Source: Octopus sinensis (taxonomy: Eukaryota). Taken from it: a stretch of 64,000 nt of DNA. Positions within the stretch are counted from its first letter, which is position 1, and every line of letters begins with the position of its first letter. The stretch is from positions 49,972,001-50,036,000 of the forward strand of contig NC_043006.1 of the NCBI RefSeq assembly GCF_006345805.1, in the 5' to 3' direction. A model generated the notes under the pieces. The model worked only from the letters and a program-made list of their open reading frames with translations, did no database searches and was not told the DNA's origin. Positions 25,084-37,256 of this stretch are shown in pieces. The position numbers and the translations under genes were made by a program.

Positions 25084-25139
25084 AACAAGAAACAAGATGA
25101 GAACAAATATCCGTCAAATGTAAACATTGTAAATAATGA

Positions 25140-25237
25140 ACATAAGTACCAGTTGAACACTAGAGTCGGTGTAGTCGACTAGACACCCCTCCCCCAAAAT
25201 TTAAAGTCTTGTGTTCAAAAGTAGAAAGGAATATTAT
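25140..25237 (+). mobile_element. SINE family A second-monomer tail fragment
   Basis: ATAAGTACCAGTTG...CCCCAAAATTTAAAGTCTTGTG...AGTAGAAAGGAATATTAT matches 52385-52470. Confidence 0.6.
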
Positions 25238-26497
25238 AGGAGGAGGAGGTGGTGGATGGAGGAGAAGGAGGAAGAGAATAACAAGAACAGGGTGGAAGAG
25301 GCGATGAAGAGGAGGAGGACGACGAGTTCGATGAGAAGAAAAAGAAAGGAGGGGAAGAGGAGGAGAGGGGAGGAGGTAAATTGAGTAAGAAGAAAATAAA
25401 AGGGAGAGAAAGAGGGGAAGGGGTAAAAGAGGAGAGGGAGAGTTGTAGAAGAAGAAGAAGAAGAAGAGAAGAAGAAGAAGAAGAAGAAGAAGAAGAAGAA
25501 GAAGAAGAAGAAGAAGAAGAATGTGCCTTTAGAGCTGTGGGGAAAAGAAACCCTGGCTGATGCGTGGAAAGATGTGATTTCCATCAACTGAAGCAAGGCA
25601 AATGTGAGTGCGTGTCTTACTCATCAAGGCTGAGGCGTTGCCACCTACTGAGTTGATGCCCCACGAAGTTGCGCAAAAGTTGGTTCTGCAAAATTTTATG
25701 CGGCAGATTACGTCCAGAGTCATTGGCTCATCGTCACCTATGCGGTACGATGTGAGAAGTGTTGAGCGCAAGCCTCACCAGAAACAGCTTGTGGTTGACA
25801 CATCTGTATAGACACAAAGGTCAAGATGAGTTACGAAGACTACAAATCTTTGTGCAGTGTCCTTCACTGAGGGTGCAAATATTAGTCATTAATCGTGTGG
25901 TGTAAGTCAGAAAGCTCGGTTATTGTACGTGTAGCTGTATGAGTCTCATGAGGACTCATTTTTACAATCCATTGTGCTCTCATTCAGGTGTTGTTTGTCT
26001 TCAGTTCAACCTAAATTGAGTAGATAATAACTATTTAATCCACGACCCACTCGTCTTTGTTTCAGGAAGTTTGGTCTCCGTAACTTAGCGGTTCGGCAAA
26101 AAGACTGATATAATAAGTACCAGACCTAAAAAAACAAAAGAACTGGTGTCGATTTGTTTGATCACTGTCGATCACTTGAAGCTAGTGAATGATAAAAGAT
26201 ATAACAGCTTCGTCCCCTTAAGACAGGGTTGTGAACCAAACAGGGGGCTGACTTCATGTCCACGCAATACAATCTCAGAAGGTAACAGGCTGCTGTGAAT
26301 ATTCCTAAATGAAAAAAAAGGTGGAGAATGGAGAAATTATTATCAATACCTTTAGTTTCGTTTCTATGTGGCCGTTCGACCTATTAGATATAGCAGTCGG
26401 ACTCTACTGTTTTGGGAAATCAAAGGACATGCTGAAAAATGTAAAAATATAAAATGAAAAATGCAAATGTAGTCAAGGATTAAAACGTAAAAACGTC

Positions 26498-26682
26498 GTC
26501 CTTTTCAAGCCTAGCCAGGATCATGGGCCCGGTTTCCCGGTTTCTGTGACGTATATGTTCCCCCCAGATGGACGTTACTCAAGAAACGGGAAGAGAGAGT
26601 GAGAGAAAGTTGTGGCGAAAGAGTACAACAGAGGTCACCACCACCCCCTGCCAGAGCTTCGTGGAGCTTTTAGGCGTTTTCG
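26498..26682 (-). mobile_element. SINE family C, 5'-truncated
   Basis: CTTTTCAAGCCTAGCCAGG...GGGCCCGGTTTCCCGGTTTC...GAGTGAGAGAAAGTTGTGGCGAAAGAG matches 28137-28340. Confidence 0.8.
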
Positions 26683-26944
26683 ATTACCCGTGGCTAAACA
26701 ACAACAACAACAACAAAATCAATACATTGACAAAATTAACAGTAAGTTAAGATAACTAGTGCAGCTGTAAATTTGCATAGTAATCAATCTGAAATTTAGA
26801 ACATTAAGTACCATAATGATAATTTTATTTTTAATAAGATTGAGCTGACTAAGCTGAATTATTGGATTTGGTAATATTATTTTTTTTACGCATTATAACT
26901 TTATTACTTTCATCAATCAAAAGAAAATATTTAGCAAAAACATA

Positions 26945-27338
26945 CACGTGTGTGCTTGTGTGCATGCGTGTGTGTGTGTGTGTGCGTGTGTGTGTGTGCA
27001 TGTATGTGTGCGTGCGGCTGTGTGTGTGTGTCCATGTGTGTGTGTATGTGTGTGTGCGTGCGGCTGTGTGTGTGTGTGTGTGCGTGTGTGTGCGCGTACG
27101 TGTGTGTGCGCGCGTACATGTGTGTGTGTGCGTGTGTGTGCGTGTGTGCATGTGTGTATGTGTGTGTGTGTGCGTGCGTGCGTGCGTGTGTGTGTGCATG
27201 TATGTGTGCTTGCGGCTGTGTATGTGTGTGTGCGTGTGTGTGTGTGCGTACGTGTGTGTGTGTGTGTGCATGTATGTGTGTGTGCGTGCGTATGCGTGTG
27301 TGTGCGTGTGTATGTATGTGTGTGTGTATGTATGTGTG
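26945..27338. repeat. Degenerate (TG)n microsatellite
   Basis: Directly visible. Confidence 0.95.
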
Positions 27339-27615
27339 TAATAGAACGGTACAGAGATAAATCTTGCTAATCGTAATACATTTTTTTTCTCATTTATTGC
27401 ATAAATTTTCTGAAATAACTTTAAACAAAATTAAGCTACTCCTGTTGGCTGAATAGTTTTCAATTTTAATTACGAGCAGTCCCTCCCTCCTCTTTTTATT
27501 TCTTCTGGAAAAAATTGAATCAGTAATTATTTTCTGATCATTTCCACTGATTCTTCTCTTCACCTCCCCGCCACTTTCTATCTATTGAAAAGTCATAACG
27601 TTTTCTACAACCAGA

Positions 27616-28018
27616 AACAAATTTTCATAGAGACAAAGATTGAAGTGACGACCTCCTGCGAGAATAAGTTGCATCTAGATCCTGAGACTTCCAGATAACA
27701 GGACAGTCTGGTGGAGTTTTATTTGTCACTGGGCCATAAAAGTTTGTATATTTGGAGCGAACCTTCATTTTAGATTAGAGGGTGAGAGTTATGTATAGTT
27801 TTCCGAGATACTATCAGGTGGAATGAGTTATCGAACAGTTATCTTATCAAGGAAAAGCGGAATCTTTTCAATGGATATGTGGTTTAATTCCGTAGGTACC
27901 TACAATAAAAGCCATATTAGATATATGCATTTTTCTGTTAGGATCGATGTTATCTAAGCAAGAGAAACTAACCCACATTAAAAAGCTTGCGGTATAAATG
28001 TGGGCTTTGGAAATTTTA
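27616..28018. repeat. 403-bp segment, inverted copy 1
   Basis: Reverse complement of 32127-32529; about 6 substitutions seen by eye and equal length. Confidence 0.95.
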
Positions 28019-28117
28019 GTCACTCGATCTTCCAGAAATAGCAGCTAAATCTTCTTAAATCATATCCACACTGTCTTCAATCAGGAAAGATACATTGAAT
28101 GATGTCTTTCTGGATAT

Positions 28118-28466
28118 TTTTTATTTATTATTTATTCGCCCTTTTCAAGCCTAGCCAGGCTCATGGGCCCGGTTTCCCGGTTTCTATGGCGTATGTGTCC
28201 CCCACTCCCATCCCAGCTGGACGGGACGCCAGTCCATCGCAGCGTTACTCAAGAAACAGGAAGAAAGAGTGAGAGAAAGTTGGGGCGAAAGAGTACAACA
28301 AGGGTCGCCATCCCCACCCCACCCCACCCCACCCCCTGCCGGAGGTTTAGATGCTTTCGCTCAATAAACACACTCAATAAACACACACAACGCCCGATCT
28401 GGGAATCGAAACCGCGATCCTCCAACCGCGAGTCTGCTGCCCTAACCACTGGGCCATTGCGTCTCC
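28118..28466 (-). mobile_element. tRNA-derived SINE family C, full length
   Basis: Head GGAGACGCAATGGCCCAGTGGTTAGGGCAGC...GGTTTCGATTCCCAGATCGGGC; tail ...GGCTTGAAAAGGGCG(AATA)n. Confidence 0.88.
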
Positions 28467-28800
28467 ACACTTTCTGAATATACTATGTCTAAAGAATCGA
28501 CAGTATGGTCATGGCTGGTCATCTTTGATCATAAGTTTAGTCTATCAAGGGTTAATTGGGACTAAACAGTAACATGACTTTTCATATATCTACAAAGTAA
28601 CTCACTACGAGATCTTTGTTTTATTTTTGGAGTCTGGCATAACAACCCATTTCTTGTGTGTGTGTGTGTGTTTTTGGCTGTTGATTAGCTTTTAGTAAAG
28701 TATATCTATGGCCTAATGTGTTTCATTCGATTCTTCTTTATTTTTATTTTTGTTTATTTATTTTTTAGACTGTGTGTCACGAACTAAATTATGTCGAGTA

Positions 28801-29200
28801 TTTACTCTTTTACTGGTTTCAGTCATTTGACTGTGGCCATGCTGGAGTACCGCCTTTAGTCAAGCAAATCGACCCCAGGACTTCTTTGTAAGCCTAGTAC
28901 TTATTCTATCGGTCTCTCTTGCCGAACCGCTAAGTTACGGGGACGTAAACACACCAGCATCGGTTGTCAAGCGATGTTGGGGAGACACAAGTACAGACAC
29001 ACAAGCACAGACATACAAACATATACACACACATACATATATACGACGGGCTTCTTTCAGTTTCCGTCTATCAAATCCATTCACAAGGCTTTGGTCGGCC
29101 CGAGGCTATAGTAGAAGATACTTGCCCAAGGTGCAACGCAGTGGGACTGAACCCAGAACTATGGAGTTCGTAAGCAAGCTACTTACCACACAGCCACTCC
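28801..29200 (-). mobile_element. SINE family B, near full length
   Basis: Both modules present, with an internal CA-rich microsatellite. Confidence 0.88.
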
Positions 29201-29651
29201 TATTTTTTTTTTAACGACAGCGTTGGGTTTTTAGGAAGAATTATCTCTTAAATCTTGCAGCTTAACGTAATGATTTTAGAGTTTGTCGGTGCTGCCATTG
29301 CTGCTATATTGTATAGTTCCACATCAATAACGATCAATCAGGTCCGTGATCAAAACATGTCTGCTCTGCCCATCTTGAGCTTTATTTTTTCAGTATCTAT
29401 TGCTACATTATCCAATTTTGTTCTTCGTCTTCTTCAGACGGCAGAGGCGATTTGGTTGTTATTTATAGCAAATGGAGGGGTTCATTCGTCGCTTGCTCAG
29501 ATTATGATTGTGGATATTCGTGGCGAAATTGGTCTCAGTTATAACGTTGTTTTCGCTATCGTTTAACATCTTGTCAGCCCTAACTGAGGACCTGTGACCA
29601 AAGGTATACCAGCTATGAACATTTCATCTTTTCTTTTTTTTTCAGTATATA

Positions 29652-30088
29652 GGCGCAGGTATGGCTGTGTAGTAAGTAGCTTGCTTACCAACCACATGGT
29701 TCCGGGTTCAGTCCCACTGCGTGGCACCTTGGGCAAGTGTCTTCTGCTATAGCCTAGGGCCGACCAAAGCTTTGTGAGTGGATTTGGTAGACGGAAACTG
29801 AAAGAAGCCCTCGTATATATGTATGTGTGTGTGTGTGTGTGTGTGCGTGTGTGTGTGTGTGTGTGCGTGTGTGTGTCTGTGTTTGTGTGTCTGTGTTTGT
29901 CCCCCCAACATCGCTTGACAACCGATGCTGGTGTGTTTACGTCCCCGTAACTTAGCGGTTCGGCAAAAGAGACCGATAGAATAAGTACTAGGCTTACAAA
30001 GAATAAGTCCTGGGCTCGATTTCCTCGACTAAAGGCGGTACTCCAGCATGGCCGCAGTCAAATGACTGAAACAAGTAAAAGAGTAAAG
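29652..30088 (+). mobile_element. SINE family B, full length
   Basis: GGCGCAGGTATGGCTGTGTAG...(TG)n...CCAGCATGGCCGCAGTCAAATGACTGAAACAAGTAAAAGAG. Confidence 0.9.
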
Positions 30089-30099
30089 AGCAAAGAGAG

Positions 30100-30480
30100 A
30101 TATCCATCGAAGGTGATATCACGTAATCATGCCTTCCTTGTAAACAATATTGGCTTACTCGTCGAGCATTCTGGTAATCCTTCATCTGTTCTGCTACTGT
30201 ATATTCCCAACTTATGGAATTATTGCCTCTAACTTGTCCAGGTTTCAGAATCACATTGGAGAGCGAGTACAATACATGTTTCACATACCATGTTTCGTTG
30301 TTTGCCTCAGAGCAGGATTTTCCTTTGCCCCTCTTCTGAGACAACCAAAGATTACGCTGGCAAATTTTATTCCTTGTTGGATCCCCTCATCAAAATCTGC
30401 ATACTGCAACAAGTGACTATCCAAATATTGGAAATACTCTGCCTTTTTCACCATCTGTCTATATATCTGATTAGGTATCA
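30100..30480 (-). mobile_element. RTE-like LINE fragment (post-RT region, decayed)
   Basis: KAEYFQYLDSHLLQYADFDEGIQQGIKFASVIFGCL resembles the F.YLGS....D.EI..RI.KAS.AFG.L motif also seen at 63600-63670. Confidence 0.55.
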
Positions 30481-32126
30481 ATGATTCTTAGATGTTTATC
30501 AATGAAAGAAATATTATTTTTATTTATGTTGGGAGTTAGAACTCTGCTATCATACGCATCATGAGAAATGTCGGTAATTATCTAACGGTCTTGTGTATTG
30601 AAATTCAATTTCTGATGTCGCTTCGGTCTCTTTCCTATAATACATAGTCAGTCGATGCAATTTCATCGCAACATAATTACTCACGGGTCTTATACATCGT
30701 CGGTTAAATTCATCTTCATGATTTTTATCTGCAGTGTAAATACATCGCTAAATATAATTTAAACTTTTTATCCATAAAGAAGCACATCAACAAATAATAT
30801 TTAAAGATTTTATTCGCAGAGCAAAGATGTGGTAGGCATTTCATTAAGAATGAAAATAAAAATCAAAGACGAAAAGAAAACTTTATATCAAATTTATTCA
30901 AGATACAACGTGAAAAAACAAAGTTAATTTTAAAAACTGAATCACAAAAAAAGTATCACAAAAGATAACATTATTTTAAATTGAAAGAACGGAGTGATGA
31001 AAGAAGAAAAGAAGAACAAAAATAGCTTCTAAAAAGACAAATCATAAGTAATTCTCTTGAGTAATGCGGTCTTTACGAGTTTGATACTCATTGACAATCT
31101 ATCGAATTCTTGTGACACTAGCTTTATATTTGTTTTTGAGACATAATGACCACTAATTACTTCTTTCTTGATTATTGCCTTTTGAAGATTTCTAAAATTT
31201 TTCAAATCGCAGAATGAAATATTTTGCCTTTGAATGTATTTTTCATTATTAATATTATCTAACGAAGTATTTATTCTGCGGAGATGGTTGCTCCGTGTCC
31301 ACACTGGTGCACTGGAATAGTCTAGTCAGTACATGTTAGAGAGAACTGTCAAGAAGTTTTATAAGATTTTTATACTTCCCTTTCTTATTGGCATAACCGC
31401 ACAATCCTCGCATGCATTTGATCTAGTATTCCAGTCTCCATACTAACTTAAAATAGCAATACATTCCCAGAATAAATATAGGTGCCCAAAGAAAATTCAT
31501 CCTCCTTAGTGTTCATGCACAGCACCACTTAGTCCATGGAGATCGTTCGCATCTTGAGCTCCAAGTCTTACTGAAACAGTACAGCTACTGTACGAAGTTC
31601 AGATAATCGACCCTGATCAGGTGGCGGGATGCGATATCCAGCTGTAATAGCAGAACCCGCAGTTGTCACTGCTGCTGCTACTGTTGCTACTAGTGTCGTT
31701 TTGTTTCTTAGTATTAATCACTTTGACTGAAATGCATTTCGCACCAATGTGATACCACCATTTTAGATATGTCCTCTAATTTGGAAAGGGGAATTGATTT
31801 AGGTGGTTGGAGGCGAGTCCTGGGATAAAGGCTGCATAAATGCATGCCTTTTTTGTATTGGAACGTGCAATATTGGAAACAGTATTATCTAGAAAAGTGT
31901 GATTTACATTACGTACATTGATAATTTGAAGATTGTATATATTCAAAGCGATTCCAGTTACTTTCCAACTAGAATTAGAAACTTAATAGCCAGTATCACT
32001 AGAAGATTCTCCAATTTATTTTCAGATACAAATATCTTGGACAGAGTTACACTTCATTTCAGGGAGGCATAACGTGGTGGGGTTTAAGTGAAAATACAGA
32101 GAAACTCTGTTTTAGCCCAAATTACA

Positions 32127-32529
32127 TAAAATTTCCAAAGCCCACATTTATACCACAAGCTTTTTAATGTGGGTTAGTTTCTCTTGCTTAGATAACATCG
32201 ATCCTAACAGAAAAATGCATATATCTAATACAGCTTTTATTGTAGGTACCTACGGAATTAAACCACATATCCATTGAAAAGATTCCGCTTTTCCTTGATA
32301 AGATAACTGTTAGATAACTCATTCCACCTGATAGTATCTCGGAAAACTATACATAACTCTCACCCTCTAATCTAAAATGAAGGTTCGCTCCAAATATACA
32401 AACTTTTATGGCCCAGTGACAAAGAAAACTCCACCAGACTGTCCTGTTATCTGGAAATCTCAGGATCTAGATGCAACTTATTCTCGCAGGAGGTCGTCAC
32501 TTCAATCTTTGTCTCTATGAAAATTTGTT
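32127..32529. repeat. 403-bp segment, inverted copy 2
   Basis: Reverse complement of 27616-28018. Confidence 0.95.
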
Positions 32530-32699
32530 CAAATTACAACAGTTCACTGTACTTCTCAACAAAAAAACTCCCCTAATATCTTCGACATCACCTTGGGAGC
32601 CCCGAAGCTCCATCACCATTGCAGCACAGATAACTGACATAGTAGGTATTTATTTATAATCATATTTACAGGAAGAATTCCCAGAAATCAGGGGTGGGC

Positions 32700-35262
32700 T
32701 ATAAAGGTATGATGCACTATTTTTTACTAAAAAAACGTCTCAAATAGATTAGAATTAAGAAGCAATTATGTTTTTTAACGATTTGACCTAACTATTACTA
32801 TAGAAAAGGAACATAATTCTATAAACTACTTAGTTGCTAACTGCAACCTAGCCACGAGACACAAACCCAACATAAAACCAAATACAAACCTTAAATATAT
32901 AAACGCATCAAGTAACCATCCGAACTTTATTAAAAGAGGACTTGTGCAAAGCATCAGTAAGAGAATTTCACGCCTCTCTTCCAACCAAGATATCTTCAAT
33001 AAGTATAAGGAATTCTACAATAGCGCGTTACAAGAAGCAGATTATAAGCAAAAAAATTAAATATCTAGACTTTAAACACTATAGAAATAACCGGAATAAC
33101 ATTAATACCCAAGATAATTATCATAACAGTAACTATACTCCAAATGACACTAACAACCATAACAACAATATGAACAACATTAATAAGATTAACAGTAAAG
33201 GTAACAGAAAAAAGTAGGAATAACGATAAGTTTCAAACTAAGATAATAACATTAAAAATGATAACATAAGTAATACCAACAATGTGAAAATTAGTAATAT
33301 TAAGAATACTAATATGTCTAATAGTAATGATTTATACATTAATAAGATTTTAAATAACGCACCCCAAAGAACCAATATAACCCCAGTTAAGAATGATAAT
33401 ACCAAGCTATATAAATTAAATAAACCGTACAGAAATAACCCCAATAAAACTGATAATAATAAGAATAAAAATAACTATAGAAAGAAATATAATAATCATA
33501 ACCATAACTTTACACTCTACAAGTATGCTGAGGACAGTTTCTACACCAAAAATAATAACACTAAAAATAAACGAAATAGTGATAAGATCTGGTCAATAAT
33601 CCCTTTCGCGATGCAGCTTAAAGCGAACATAGTACATTCCATAATGAGACTTGTAGATAAGCACATGAGCTTAAATAACAAATACTCTAAAATCTTTAAG
33701 AATAAAATTAGAGTAGGCCATAGCTTAACTAGTAACTTGGCTACTATCATAGCCTCAATCAACAATAATAAGCTAGAGGCCTTCTATGAAACTAGGAAAA
33801 ATAATAACATAAAACATAGCAACCAATCGACAGATATAATAAATGTCATCCCTAATATCTCGCCCTCAAATAGCACGGATAACCCCCTCAACACAACATA
33901 CACGCAGATAAATATAATAATTTATGTGGCTGCAGAGATAAAAACAAGTGTCAATTCTCCAATATTTGTAAAAATAAAAATGTAATATACCAATGCGATG
34001 TACTTGCAAATAACCATAAGAAATCTTATATAGGAGCAACTAAAAACGAAATGATACTTAGATATAATTCCCACCAATCTAGTTTCAGAAATAGAAGTAA
34101 AGCGAACTCTACAGGACTTACTAGCTACATTTGGGAATTGAAAGATAAAAATATAAACTATAGTTTAGAATGGCGTATCCTAACCAAAAATTCCTTGTAT
34201 AGCATTAACAATAACCGGTGTGAACTCTGTATAAACGAAAAACTATTTAAATGGCCAAATTACCTCTATTTAATAGGAGACACAAAATAATATTTTTGTT
34301 TGCATAAAGGCTGATTCGTATTCTCAAAATATCGATAAATCCACTTTGCACTTATATACCGCTATCCCCTATTTAAATGTCATAGTGAACCTACTTAACT
34401 TCGTATTACCTCCCTTTAACCTTCCTTTATACCAAATAGTTACACAGCCCACATTATAAATAAATTAATTACTGAACTTTATACTTATTCTTCATAATAC
34501 GCTAGCTTACTATTTTCCAACATTTTACTATTTTCCTATAATTTAATTTGTCTCGAGAGCTAGACTACCAATTCGTTTCGCACGCGATAAATTTCCCCTT
34601 TTGATCTTATTGGTTTTCTATGCACTCTTCAAAACTATACATTATTCCGGTACATAGTCTATTTATACTCTATATCGTATAGATCCTAGATATAAACTTT
34701 ACTCTTATATTACGGCTTCCATTGACAATATACGAACTAACTTACAACCTATAAATTAGTAGCACATAGGTCCATAGAACTACACCGGATATCCCAATAG
34801 CGATAACTCCCTCGGATTACATCGGCGGTCAAATAGCCGAACCTACGAACACGTGTAGGCTATGTTAATAACTAATTACGAGACCTTAGATTCAACTAAC
34901 TCTCTTCTCATCTATCATACAATGGATTCACTGAACTTTGAACCTATATATAATATATACAAAATAAGAAAATGGAGGAATAGATTTCTTTCAATCATCA
35001 ACTTCCAGATAATACCAATTCATATAATTTATTAACTAATTATTTATATTAAATAGGAACATCCAAATCCAACAGAATAATACAGAATAAAACAATATAC
35101 ATCAATACATAAGGATAATAAATGCAAAATGGATTTTACAGCTGTTTCAGCCCGTAGATAAAAGTATCTCATTATGCCCATATTAGTCAGATGTATTGAG
35201 GTAATATGCAGTTAAAAATGAGTTACTTATATATATATATCTCAAGGCCTCGTCAGAGATTA
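32700..35262 (+). mobile_element. Penelope-like retroelement remnant (RT thumb, Asn-rich linker, GIY-YIG endonuclease, 3' region)
   Basis: KYINASSNHPNFIKRGLVQSISKRISRLSSNQDIFNKYKEFYNSALQEADY (32890-33050); KIWSIIPF...KHMSLNNKYSKIFKNKIRVGHS..NL..II (33585-33770); SYIGATKNEMILRYNSHQSSF...YIWELK...LEWRIL...RCELCINEK (34030-34245). Confidence 0.85.
35131..35262 (-). ncRNA. Hammerhead ribozyme motif in an inverted Penelope terminal repeat (stem I decayed)
   Basis: CUGACGA (35256-35250), 12-bp stem II with 2 mismatches and a long loop, GAAAC-AGCU-GUA (35148-35137); stem I pairs poorly. Confidence 0.55.
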
Positions 35263-35426
35263 TAAAGTACAATTATAAAGATATAAAAGGAAAATATAAA
35301 ATGCAAATATGAATATTAAAGTTACACATATACAAGAATATGCATATATACATACATACATATACATATAAGTGTATATACACCTACATATACATATATA
35401 TAAGTATATACATAATAATATACATA

Positions 35427-36707
35427 CGAGGGGCGTTCAATAAGTAATGCCACTGACCTACTTCCCATAGCAGTAGAGCAACGAAACTTGGCACAGTTAT
35501 TAGTCTTTTTCTATAGAGAAACCACCCAGAGTTACGCATTTCTCCCATCGTTTGATGCAGCTCTGGAGACCGTTTTTGTAGAAGACCCCAGCTTGGTCTT
35601 CCAACCACGACGTGACTTCAGAAATCAAGGCTCATCATCTGGGAAACGCTTTCCTTTCAAAATCAACTTCATGGCTGGGAAGAGGTGAAAATCAGAGGGT
35701 GCAAGGTCAGGAGAGTAGGGGGGATGGGGGAGGAATTCATAGCCACACGCCTGTGCTTCTGATCTGGCAACACGCGAGTTGTGGACCGGAGTGTTGTCCT
35801 ACAGGAGGAGGATGCCTTTGCTGATCTTGCCCCGCCTCTTGATTTTGATAGCTTCTCTTAATTTCCTCAAAAGTGAAGCATAATATGCTCCTGTAATTGT
35901 GGTACCCTTTGCCAGGAAATCTGTCATCACTACTCCGTCCTGGTCCCAGAAGACTGTGAGCATGACCTTGCCAGCTGAGGGCTGCACCCTTGCCTTCTTT
36001 GGAGGAGGTGAGTCACGGTGCTTCCACTGCATTGACTGGGCTTTGGTCTCTGGATCATAGTGATGGACCCAGGTTTTATCCTGTGTAATCAGGCTTTTGA
36101 AAAAGTTTGACTCATCTTGTTGGCACATCTCCAAATTCATCCTCGAGCACTCGACGCGTTCTTGCTTCTGGAAAGGTGTGAGCAACCTGGGAATCCATCT
36201 GGCAGACACCTTTTGCATATGCAAACGGTCATGAATGATAGTTTCCACAGACCCGGTACTAATCTTGACCTCATGGGCTATTTGGCGAATAGTTATGCGT
36301 CGATCTTCCAAAATGGCATCCTCAACTTGACGGACAGATACCTCATCAATGGCAGAAGTGGGGTGACCAGATCTGGGAGCTGTTTCCACAGAGTTCCGAC
36401 CATGTTTGAATTCACGATGCCAGCGTTTTACAAGGTCATATGATGGGGCATCATCACCATAAGTTACTTTCATTTCATCAAAAGTCTCCTGTGGTGTGCG
36501 TCCTTTCAAATACAAAAACCGGATCACTGCTCGACACTCAACAGGCTCCATTTCACACTTGACTCAGTTCAAACACCTGTAAATCAGAAACCACAATTAG
36601 CTCAGAGCTGTAATTTGCCATTTAATCTATAGAGATATCAATAATTGCGCATGCAAAATCGAACAACTGCAAGTGGGTCAGAGGCATTACTTATTGAACG
36701 TCCCTCG
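35427..36707 (-). mobile_element. Full-length mariner (irritans-like), 1281 bp; transposase 36551->35500 with a frameshift
   Basis: TIRs CGAGGGGCGTTCAATAAGTAATGCC / GGCATTACTTATTGAACGTCCCTCG flanked by TA; motifs WIPRLLT, TQDKTWV, HPPYSPDLAP; frame break near 35800. Confidence 0.93.
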
Positions 36708-36709
36708 TA

Positions 36710-36846
36710 TATATGTGTGTGTTTGTGTGTCTGTGTTTGTCCCCCTAGCATTGCTTGACAACCGATGCTGGTGTGTTTACGTCCCCGTCACTTAGCGGTT
36801 CAGCAAAAGAGACCGATAGAATAAGTACTGGGCTTACAAAGAATAA
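36710..36846 (+). mobile_element. SINE family B tail-module fragment
   Basis: GTGTTTGTCCCCCTAGCATTGCTTGACAACCGATGCTGG...GGGCTTACAAAGAATAAG. Confidence 0.8.
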
Positions 36847-37021
36847 GGTTCCATTTCAGACTTGACTCAGTTCAAACACCTGTAAATCAGAAATCACAAT
36901 TAGTTCAGAGCTGTAATTTGCCACTTAATCTATAGAGATATAAATAATTGCACATGCAAAATTTCTGCTAGATCAAACAACTGCAAGTGGGTCAGGGGCA
37001 TTACTTAATGAACGTCCCTCG
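36847..37021 (-). mobile_element. Second copy of the mariner 5' end (TIR and 5' UTR up to the ATG)
   Basis: Aligns to 36544-36707 with several substitutions and a ~10-bp segment (TTCTGCTAGA) missing from the first copy; followed by TA. Confidence 0.9.
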
Positions 37022-37070
37022 TACACATAAGGTTACAGTTAATCAGATTTATATACTGGAATATACATAT

Positions 37071-37149
<79 letters not shown>

Positions 37150-37217
37150 AGGTTAATCCAAACGGGAAAACAGAAAAGACAACACACATGGAACAATTAA
37201 AGTATTATTATTAGGCG

Positions 37218-37256
<39 letters not shown>

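Noticed and set aside
25530-25830. GC-richer segment with short ORFs on both strands
   Set aside because: No recognisable domain or splice structure; left unannotated.
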